From Octopus sinensis (Eukaryota), in the NCBI RefSeq assembly GCF_006345805.1, contig NC_042998.1:14074001-14138000 (forward strand): a DNA stretch of 64,000 nt, in the 5' to 3' direction. A program made the position numbers and the translations under genes. Within the stretch, counting starts at the first letter, position 1; each line of letters starts with the position of its first letter. Shown piece after piece: positions 25,085-36,160 of the stretch. Below the pieces are notes generated by a model, which had not been told where the DNA came from, did not search any database, and saw only the letters and a program-made list of their open reading frames with translations.

Positions 25085-25432
25085 TAACAATAGCACTCAG
25101 AGAGCGCAAACCTCCGCCAAGGCAACACCGGCTTCCTCTCAACGATGACTTTTAAAATGAGAATATCTGAAATAAATTCGACTGCTCTCACAACAGAACC
25201 TGACCGCTCTCAAAAATTAAGTATAAAAACAGGAAAAATTATCCAGAATGCTTGTCTTGTACTGCGTCAATCCCCAAATCTAATCAGTTCGTGTAAGTTA
25301 CGAGGCCAAACGTCCCTGAAAGTTTCATCTGAATTCATCAAGCGGTTTTTGCGATATCTTGTCCACGGTCAAACAAACAAACAAACATGAATGAAAACAA
25401 TACCACCGCATTCGCAAAGGCGAAGGTAATAA
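25085..25432. mobile_element. Non-autonomous Helentron-associated element (HINE/DINE-1/pearl-like)
   Basis: Subterminal inverted repeats ACCTCCGCC (25110-25118) and GGCGAAGGT (25419-25427), a (CAAA)n tract at ~25370-25386, and a terminal hairpin TTCGC-aaag-GCGAA (25411-25424). Confidence 0.6.
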
Positions 25433-27445
25433 TGCTCAGAAATATTTTAATACATTTAGTAGTGACGCTACGAACGGAATCTCGTCTGTAGCGTAAATCT
25501 GAGCTCTACCGCATCAATATTTGGAGGAAGTGTAGCAAGTTAACAGACGTACCATCGGTAGGGTGATAGTAATAGTTGAAGCTCGCTTCGTAGTAGATTG
25601 ACTTGTTGACACTTTAACAAATTGTTCCAAGAATGAAATGCACATGTTCTTCCAACCCGAATGGAAAAGTTTTCCAACCTTGTAGCGTTCGTATGACAAA
25701 GTAAGATTATATATATATAATTAATATTGCTTTTGAAACCGTTATAAGTGGGGACAGTCTCGGCGAAGAATTAAAGCAGAGTTTTTAAATTCCTCAAATG
25801 TTAATTCTAACTAGGTCTTAAAAACCTTAGACGACTATTTTCTTGATATACGCGAACTCCCCATTTGTACGATTTGTAATATAATTTTGTAAGCTCCAAG
25901 AAATTCACGGTAGTAAAATTCCTGGATATGTATATTTAAGGTAAAATAATGTTTTCCAATTGTCGCAATAAGAGACGACAATTGCTTCATTTCTGTCTAA
26001 TCCTAAATTGCTTCACCGTATTTTATGCTTAGCTTGTGTATATCTATGTATTCGCATCTAACGACGGAATTAAAGAATTGTCTACCGTCGTTAAATATTT
26101 CTGAGGAATCTCTTTTAACTATTTGAGTTGTTAAAAAGCACATTTTTACATACATTTAAACCTACTTCCTGTATCTTCAATAATATTTTTCTTGTTTGAT
26201 AGACAGAATGATAAACATCAACAATGTTTCAAAGGGTGAAGCTAAGGCAATGTTAATTATAATTCTTTTTAACGAATCTAATTTAGACTATTGTTGTACT
26301 GCTTTCTATGCGTAGGTTGCCTTTCTTATTTAATTATTACTTATGCTTAATGCTTAAACGCAACATTGTTTTAGCTAGAGCAATTAATTTTCATCTCTTT
26401 GAGTCCCTAAACCATGAAGAACATCTCACGTACAGCAAAGAATTCTAATCTCTTTTCTAATTTCAATGTTTAATTCATTTCCTTGGCTTCAGTATTTCTA
26501 TCATTATACCTATGTCTTCTAGTGTTTCAGCAATTCTTAGTGAGTTTCTGATTATTTAATTTCTATATATGCTGTTTTTTATATATGACGTTGGTCTTAT
26601 CCTTAACAATGAGAATAACATTTACATCTATTGTGAAATGCTAAACACTAGGTGTAAGCTTATTTTGACATAGATTCGTGTATTCATGCAAGTGCATGTT
26701 GGCTATAATATCCAAGGGATTGGTTATCAATGGCATGATATATAAAATCTATTTTTGTGGGTATTTTCTTTCTTTTTCTGTGTTTTTGTATGCATTTACA
26801 TCAGAGTATTCTGTGGCGGTTTCAGCGGTCACGGAATCATAAAAAATACTTCTTAAATACACGTTGCGTATTTTCTAACCGTCACTTAGGTAATCAATGT
26901 AATATGGATACGCATCGCGGAATTCAGAAATTATATGCAGCCATATTTAGTGTCAATATTTTTTGGCCATGGGGAGTATGCAATAGTGTTTACTTTATCG
27001 TAAACCATATGCTTCATGGACATTGATGAATCATAAATGTCATGATATGCTGCTATTCCTACAATGTGATATCCGTCAAAACTCTGGAACATGTCACTAA
27101 AAGACGGAGAAGCATAATAAAAAGATCCTTGAATTTAAAAAAAGGCAGAGTGATTCTCTGGTACACGAAAATACATCTTCTATAAAATGGCACCATCGAG
27201 CGATTTTTCAGTCAAAATTTATAAGCTATTGTTTATAGTTTTCTCTACTTCGAGTATAATTCATGTCTTCTGGAGTTACTAAAATTTCCTGACGTTAACA
27301 TTATATATACCGCAGCAGTGCAACTCGGGTAGGTATCTTCCACTATAACTCCAGGTCAACCAAAACGTTGTGAGCGGATTTGATAGACAGAAATTGAAAG
27401 AACTCCGTTGTAAGCGCTCGAGTGTGTTTGTGTGTGTATGGATAA

Positions 27446-27497
<52 letters not shown>

Positions 27498-27561
27498 AAA
27501 TATATATACATGTCAGCAAATATACATACACACACATATACATATATATACATACATATTT

Positions 27562-27597
<36 letters not shown>

Positions 27598-28518
27598 TAT
27601 ATATATTTATTTATATAAATATACTTGTCAGCAAATATACATACATACATCACATTAATATATACATATGTGTATGGACATATGACAGAAACGTGATGGA
27701 AAGGCCAATTTAAAAAATCAGATAGATAGAAACTAACAAAATGAGGCTCAGCATTTCAGAGGGATAGGGAGAGAGAGAGAGAAACAGGGAGAGAATGTAG
27801 GGCGGTGGTTGCGTGCGTGCCTCTTTGTGTATGTGCGTGTGTTTGTGTATTTGCGCGTGAGAATTCCTGAAATAAGGTGAACTGAATTCTATCTGCACCA
27901 TTCAGCGAGTGTAATGTACATATCTATGTTGCTGTATACGACAAAATCTGCTTCTCTCGGTATGTATTAGCACTTGTGGATAACTGTAAGAGCTTGCATG
28001 TGTATATGTTTGTAACAGTGAGCCTAGAACAGCATAAAATCATAAATTTTGTGCTGTAAAAATATGCGCACAATTACGTGCCTGTATATGAATGGATTCC
28101 TATGTATATATTCAAACGGAAGCACACACAGTCATATATACATATATACACAAGTGTGTGTATGTATGTGAGTATGTCTGACTATGCGTGCTTGTAGACT
28201 TGTTCTTGCAAGAACACACGTTCAAAGCTAGCAGCATGCATGGAGACACACACTCTATGTGCACCTATCAATATTTAATAAAAGTACGTCTCCAAAAACT
28301 AGAATTCTCAAAATGCAGTCAAAGACACTTAAAAATGTATATAAAATGCTGTTATTTTTTTCTTTATACCCCCCGCGCCCCCCGTCACAAATCATAAAAA
28401 AAAAGTCTGTTATCGTCTTTGGCTAATCACAACCAAAATCTGCATTACTAAAAAGCATATATCGATTGTGACCTAACCTCAAAAATAAAAAAAATGCATC
28501 AACACTTAACAAATAGCA

Positions 28519-28560
28519 ATAATAATAATAATGATAATAATAATAATGATGATGATGATG

Positions 28561-28611
<51 letters not shown>

Positions 28612-28904
28612 TAATAATAACGGTGAGTGCTTCTGTGGCAATCAATTCTTCACATATCGTTGGAACCGGTAAAGCGATTTATATATGAAAAAATAAACAT
28701 AAAAGAATAATTATTGAAAATAGCATTATAAAACCAAAAATGAAATCCAGTGTGCATTCTGATAATTTTTGTGTAAGATGCTCAGAGTGGATGGTCTGTT
28801 GCTGCATGAGGGGTTGTGTGTTGAGGCCGGGGTGGACTGAAATGTGAGTGATGTTTGTCTGATTGTGTATGATCGTGTTTGTGTAGGCGACAGATCGTGG
28901 AATT

Positions 28905-28945
<41 letters not shown>

Positions 28946-29629
28946 CAGAGTGGATATGTTAAGCAGCATGGCATGATTACGTCAAGTTAATTGTAGACCG
29001 ATGATATTTCACATTTGGAAATTGAAGAAGTGAAAAAGTTAAAAATTAATAAAAAGGAAAATGGAAATCAGAGAGAGGTACAGATAGAAAGATAGAAAGA
29101 CGGAGGGAAGGAAAGAAAGAAAGAAAGAAAGAGATAAAGAGGGAAAGAAAAAGAAATATTCGTTGTTATTGCTACTGTTGGTGTTTTCTTTTATAGCCAC
29201 TGACTTGAAAGTTTGATGTCGAAATGGATTAAATTGAATATTAATGCACAATGTACAAGTGCATGCCCTTCCCTGTTAGTATTGTTGTTACTGTTGTTGG
29301 TGATGTTGTTTAATTTTGCTTTTTGTTGTTGTTTTTTTGTTGTTTTTTCTTGTTTTTTTTTTGCTTTGTTTATGACTTTTGATTTGGTTTCGCTTTTACT
29401 GCCGTTGTTGTTGTTGCTGTTGTTGCTGTTGTTGTTATTGCTGATTATAATGGGGGAGAGGGGTCAAATGAGACGAATGAAAATGGAGGTGAATGTAATG
29501 ATGGTGGTGGTGGCGACGGTGGTGTGCATCGTATTGATGATAATGATGTTGATGAGGTGGAGCATGACAATGCAGACACGGGTGAAGAGGACGACATCGA
29601 CGGTGAAGATAACAATAACGATGATACCC

Positions 29630-29662
<33 letters not shown>

Positions 29663-29847
29663 GCGACCACCGCAACACCGACGACAACGGAGATGGCGGC
29701 GGCGGCGTTGGGAATAATGTGCATGCTAATTTTATTTATTTATTTTAATTTAACATTCCTTTTAATTTCTGTTCTTTTATTGTTGAATATTCTGATAGCT
29801 GTGTCAATGTAAGGAGATGACGACGAAAATGAGGACAACGACGACGG

Positions 29848-29878
<31 letters not shown>

Positions 29879-29933
29879 TGCGATGCTTCTGTTGCTGATG
29901 ATGATGATGGAGATAACAATGATAACAATATTG

Positions 29934-29986
<53 letters not shown>

Positions 29987-30000
29987 CAATTTAAATTAAA
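28519..30000. repeat. Trinucleotide and low-complexity tracts (AAT, GAT, GTT) plus (TG)n at ~28906-28943
   Basis: Seen directly; they yield homopolymeric ORFs on both strands. Confidence 0.92.
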
Positions 30001-31106
30001 ATAATATTATAAGGTGTAGGGTTAGTCATGGTGATTAGGATCATGTTGCTGCTTTTACAGAGGCTGTTATTTTTTGGAAATATCTTTTTTTTTTAATTAT
30101 TTTTATTGCTGACGATGCTGTTGTTGCTACCATCAGTTCTGTTTTTATTTTTGTTGTTGTTTCTCGCTCTTGGTGTAATTGTTGATCATTTTCTTGTTAA
30201 TGTTGACTTTAATGATATTGATAGTAGTCGTTTCTGTCTGCGTTATATGACTTTCCTTGTTGTTCTTATTTTCGTTGGTGTCTTTAATATTTTGCGCAGC
30301 AGTCTCCCGGTTTATTACAGGTTATTAACTAACGCACAACGCTCGACTATTCTTTGATATATCCTTTGGCTTAATGCGGGATTTCTTTTACAGAATTTTC
30401 TTAATGGGATATATAGCTTCGATGCTACAATTGATACGACTAGATGCTATTGAGCTAGCCGTATAACTAATGCATTTCCTCAATCTATCTCTGTATCACT
30501 CAAATGGATTTAATTTATACCATTATCATTTCAAATAATTCGACTTTCTTCCAACAGCCTTTGGCTCATTTTTCAAACTATTTCCACTATCTGAAAAATA
30601 AGAGTGATAGCTGACTTTTTTACTACAACACTGCAATGCACATGTATCTTGTCTCTTCGAAGCACATAAAGTTATCATAAAAACATAATCCATGAACATT
30701 TAACAGAGATCCATATTCCAAAACAATGGCTAAAGCATATTGTCTCTTATGTAAATCTTCCTTTTTGCTGCCAAGTTGACGAATGAACCCCACTGACTTC
30801 TGTAACAAACAAAGACGACATATCATAAAAGAAAAAAACCGTGTGAGAGAGTTGAACATAATTTTTTCATTGCTGTCCTACAGAAAATCTTTGTTTGTTT
30901 TTTTTTTAATCCACCATCTTTGTATCTAGTTTCGAGAAGAATGAGTAACATAACCTCAGTACTTGAATAGTATCTGATGCATCACTATAAACGAAGTTGA
31001 GGAAAAAACAACCATCGGTAGGTTTTGATCTAACAAGAGTCCAGTCGATGCTTTATGAAAATGTAAAACACTGACGGTGTATGATATTATTGTATCTTTT
31101 GTGTAT

Positions 31107-31363
31107 TTATTTTACTTACTCTTTTACTTGTTTCAGTCATTTGACTGCGACCATGTTGGAGCACTGCCTTTAGCCGAGCAAATCGACCCCAGGACTTATT
31201 CTTTGTAAGCCTGGTACTTATTCTGTCGGATCTCTTTTGCTGAACCGCTAAGTTACGGGGACGTAAACACACCAGCATTGGTTGTCAAGCTATGTTGTGG
31301 GGACAAAAACAGACACACAAACATGCACACACACACACATATATATATATATATGTGTATATA

Positions 31364-31413
<50 letters not shown>

Positions 31414-31578
31414 TACGACAGGCTTCTTTCAGTTTCCCTCTACCAAATCCACTCACAAGACTTTGGTGTGACTGAGCCTATAATAGAAGACACTCGCCCA
31501 AGATGCCACGCAGTGAGACTGAATCCGGAACCTTGTGGTTTGTAAGCAAGCTACTTACCACACAGCCACTCCTACGCC
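31107..31578 (-). mobile_element. SINE family A, full length
   Basis: Complete match including the internal (CA)(TA) array. Confidence 0.92.
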
Positions 31579-31998
31579 TAATAATTTTTAATTAAATATT
31601 AATTATGTATGGTGATAATAAAATCTATCACTTACGAAAGACATTTTGCTAGTTCTTTTGGGAAGAGTGGTGGGGCGATTTCAAGTATATGCAAGATTAT
31701 TTATATTTATAAAATGTTTCGGTATTCATTAAATTTCACCGAGTAGTGCACTAAGAATTTTGCTTTACTACAGTTTTACGAATTAAGTGTTATTTACTAT
31801 TTTAGTTGATCGTATTAGCCGTAGCACATATTTCAGTTTGTTGCTTATTTGATAATTCAGCTATTCGCAAAAAACACTAGGTTACAAAATCTAAAGTAAC
31901 AAAATGTACGCACTGATACATACACATATACTCCATCATTGATATGTGTGTTCGCGCGTCGCATGTAGGGCAAATCATTTGTACACACACACACGCAA

Positions 31999-32037
<39 letters not shown>

Positions 32038-32432
32038 GGCGCAGGAGTGGCTGTGTGGAAAGTACCTTACTTACCAACCACATGGTTCCAGTTTCAGTCC
32101 CACTGCGTGACATCTTAGGTAAGTGTCTTCTACTGTAACCTCGGGCCGACCAAAATCTTCTCAGTGGATTTGGTAGACAGGAATTGAAAGAAGCCAGTCG
32201 TATATATATATGTGTGCGTGTATATATGTGCATGTGTGTTTGTGTCTGTCCCCCTCACCCACCATCGCTTGACGACAGATGCTTGTGTGCTTAACTCCCC
32301 GTAACTTAGCGGTTCGGCAAAAGACACCGATAGAATATGTACTAGGCTTACAAAGATAAGTCTTGGGGGCGAGTTGTTCGACTAAAGGCGGTGCTCCAGC
32401 ATAGCTGCAATGACTGAAACAAGTAAAAGAAT
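32038..32432 (+). mobile_element. SINE family A, full length
   Basis: Starts GGCGCAGGAGTGGCTGTGTGG; head-to-head with the 31107-31578 copy. Confidence 0.9.
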
Positions 32433-32544
32433 ATATACATACATATACATATATATATATATATCTGTTTGTTAGAGTACAAGCTTATTTTCATTATTAA
32501 ATCTCAGAACGGGATGTAAACAGTAATCGCTCGACAATGTAAAG

Positions 32545-32690
32545 TATAAAAGCCATCTCAATATGGCTAACCACAAAGGGGGGTGTTACTGTAGCTTTTT
32601 AGCCCCAGGAGATCATCGATGATCTCCTGGGGCTAAAAAGCTACAGTAACCCCCCCCCTTGTGGTTAGTTATATTGAGATGGCTTTTATA
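32545..32690. repeat. 146-bp zero-spacer palindrome
   Basis: Centred on GATCATC|GATGATC (32617/32618); 69 of 73 positions are Watson-Crick symmetric. Confidence 0.97.
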
Positions 32691-33699
32691 AACTTATTTT
32701 CCTTTAACAGGAATATTATTGACAGAAAAGTTGAAGACAGGCCAACATCTTGGCTTTGTATTGTCTCTGTTACAATGTTCTAGGGTTACCAAAATTCTGC
32801 TGAATGATAATTATGCCAAACGTTATGTTGCGGTGATAAAGATGGTACGAACAATTTTTATTGATTAAATTTGCGGAATTACTACAATTTTGTTCATGCA
32901 TATATATAGCTTTGTATGTTTATGCGTCCCATCTTCAGGTCAAAGTGTTTCACAAAAGCGTGTAGCAAGCTTTTAAGTCAGCAGAGCTGTCACATGGTTC
33001 AGTTGTTGTTGCTTACATAAAGATATAAACAGGATGTATAACTTTTGATTTGAAAACGTCCAAATTTTCAATCTCAATTTATATGTGTAATTTTTGTATC
33101 TTAGCTTTTAAGAATTTGGTACTTAAGGGAATACAAAGGAATGTTTGTGAAGCTGATTTGATTGGCACATTAGTATTATCTATGCTTTTTTTTATATATT
33201 TAGACAATGTTTCTCAACAATTAAATATGTCAAAGTGATATTAGTACGAAGAATTTGCTGAATAAATGTTTTAATATTCACAAAAGTATGTAGGTAGGTT
33301 TCGAGGTTGTTGATCAGCATAAGTGTCTGTAGTGGAACATCATTCTACAAAAAATATTTGGTTGCGATCTATAAAACTTAAAGTATGTATTAAAGGAGGC
33401 AGAGTTTGTAAACTGTTTTTAATAGATATTTCTATATCCGGTATAAGACATGGGAACATTTTATACGTAATTCGTATTTATTAAAAGGTGTGAAACGCGT
33501 GCATTATAAAGAGTACGAAGCGAATTCTAAACTAGATTTCTTCCTTATTTTCCTTGTAGAAATACATAATTGTGTGGATTTTATGTGTGATGACTTGTTT
33601 CAGATAATTATATGGAAATTAACTACGTTAATTTCGTCTTGATTTGTTAAGTGTATTAGTTTTTAATCTGTATTATTATGAAGGCATACATGTGTGCAT

Positions 33700-33733
<34 letters not shown>

Positions 33734-34495
33734 CATACAAAGTGAGAGAGAGGAGGGAAAGAGATAGAGGAGAGAGAGATGAAACAGCTTCCTATACAGT
33801 TTTTACACTCCGTATGGCAAATTCTGGTGTCGGGCAACCGTAAAAAAACTTATCCAAGGCAACACGCAGTGGAATCGAAACTAGAAAGACATGGTTACCA
33901 ATTAAAATTGTCACCCCACTCGGTTATTCCTACGACAAAACCTAAGTGTTTGATGCGAATATAAATTCTGGAGATTAGATAATCATTTAATTCTATCACG
34001 GTTTTGTATTTTCGGTAGATAACAATCAACCAGCAAATAAACATGAATAGAGTGGCACTTTTCTGTTGTTATTTTTTAAAAATAGTTTTCAATGCTATTT
34101 CATCAGATAATTTACGTTTCTATAAAAGCGTATATCAAGATTCTATAACTTCCTATTACACATTGATATGGTTTGGAATTAGTATATTCTTTTGGAAAAA
34201 GAAATGAACATTGCTGCTAATATTGTTGAGAGAAAATTTTCCATTATATGTTTTATTATTATTCATACTTATTTTCCATGTTTCTGTCGTCGTTTTTGAT
34301 AATTCAGCTGTTGTTCTGCTTATTCTGAACACACTATGGTGGTGAAAGTTTGCTGTAGCAGTGACATGAAGTTTTTGTTTTACTTGCAATCTTCATGTAG
34401 GAAATGCCGACAAAAAATTGAAGGGGAGAGAGAGAAATAAGTGAAAGCGAGAGGAAAATCCGAATCTAGTATCTGACTGGTATTTTATTTACCGA

Positions 34496-34644
34496 TCCGC
34501 CGAGGTCGACTTTGCCTTTCATCCTTTCGGGGTCGATAAATTAAGTACCAGTTACGCACTGGGGTCGATGTAATCGACTTAATACCTATGTCTGTCCTTG
34601 TTTGTCCCCTCTGTGTTTAGCCCCTTGTGGGTAATAAAGAAATA
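34496..34644 (+). mobile_element. 5'-truncated SINE family B with 17-bp TSD
   Basis: GGTATTTTATTTACCGA at 34479-34495 and 34645-34661. Confidence 0.9.
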
Positions 34645-35087
34645 GGTATTTTATTTACCGACACCGAATTGATAAGTGACAAATTGGGTCTCGGCGGGCT
34701 TGCAACGGATACTGCTTCATAGCATTGTACCTGATAATTGGGACACATTGCTGGTTTAGTTATTAAATAATTGTATATTCTTTCTAGCATAAACAGAATC
34801 CTTATGTCTGAATGAAGGAGAATAGTCCATCGCAGTAAAATACGATTTTATTCAATCTAGAGTGGTAAATTACAAAACTCAGAACGTAATGAACAGCGAA
34901 AAATGGCGCAAATTAATTTATCCGACGGTCTAACGATTTTCCAACCTACTACTTGACTTATCTCCCTTGAACAGTAGTTAGTTCATCAAAGTCTTAAATG
35001 TTAATTATATCTCGATTCATTAACGGGCATGTAACAAGCGGCGATCCAGTTGAAGACCTTAATTTTGTACAATACTATTTTATATAT

Positions 35088-35250
35088 ATATTTTATTGCC
35101 CAGAAGAGGCTAAACATAGAGGGGACAAACAAGGACATACAAAGGGATTAAGTCTATTACATCGACCCTAGTGCATAACTGGTACTTAATTTATCGACCT
35201 CAAAAGTATGAAAGGCAAAGTTAACCTTGGCGGAATTAGAACTCAGAACG
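35088..35250 (-). mobile_element. SINE family B, 5' truncated
   Basis: Reverse complement of the family B body and tail. Confidence 0.85.
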
Positions 35251-35563
35251 AAGTATGGAAATCTTATATAGTTACTTGCTTTGGGTAATTTAAGATTCTT
35301 GCGTGTATATTTATTCATTGTTCGGTCAGGTTCTGTTGCTTTTGTTGATTAGCTCGAGTTCAACGCTTTTTGCTCACACCTATGATAAAAGTAGATCCAG
35401 GCACGTAAAAACATACGACGCTCTGCATAGGTCTGTATTCCAATGTGTTCCTTCTTTCAAGACATTACACTGTAATTTCGGTGAGGAACTAACTCTACTA
35501 TTTCTAGCAAATTTCCAACAGCCCTGTGGAAACGTATATCAGAATAGAGAAGTCGTAATCTTC

Positions 35564-36160
35564 AGGGTGGCAAGCAGGCAGAAACGTTAGAACGCCGGGC
35601 GAAATGCTTAGCGGTATTTCGTCTGCTGCAACGTTCTGAGTTTAAATTCTGCCGAGGTCGACGTTGCCTTTCATCCTTTCAGGGTCGATTAAATAAGTAC
35701 CAGTTACGCACTAGGGTCAATATAATCGACTAAATCCATTTGTCTGTTCGTGTTTGTCCTCTCTGTGTTTAGCCCCTTGTGGGTAGTAAAGAAATAGGTA
35801 TTTCGTCTGCCGGCAATATTCTTAGTTCAAATTCCACCGAGATGAACTTTGCCTTTCATCCTTTCGGGATCGATAAATTAAATACCTGTTACGCACTGGG
35901 GTCTATGTAATTGACTTAATCCGTTTGTCTTGTTTGTCCCCTCTGTGTTTAGCCCCTTGTTGGTAATAAAGAAATAGGTATTTCGTCTGCCGCAACTTTC
36001 TGAGTTCAAATACCGCCGAGGTGAACTTTGCCTTTCATCCTTTCGGGATCGATAAATTAAATACCAGTTTCGCACTTGGGTCGGTGTAATTGATTTAATC
36101 CGTTTGTCTTGTTTGTCTCCTCTGTGTTTAGCCCCTTGTGGTTAGTAAAGAAATAGGTAT
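35564..36160 (+). mobile_element. Head-to-tail trimer of SINE family B
   Basis: One head, then bodies restarting at GGTATTTCGTCTGCC (35797, 35977); period ~180 bp. Confidence 0.93.

Noticed and set aside
29213-29999. Poly-L/M/D/I ORFs suggesting membrane or acidic proteins
   Set aside because: Trinucleotide tracts open in several frames on both strands; no splice or codon evidence.
30623-30840. Minus-strand acceptor (TTTGTTTGTTACAG) followed by a 58-codon frame
   Set aside because: No recognisable protein, donor or partner exons; compatible with chance.
35564-36160. Regularly spaced repeats as a CRISPR array
   Set aside because: Units are ~180-bp SINE bodies without unique spacers; eukaryotic context and no cas genes.
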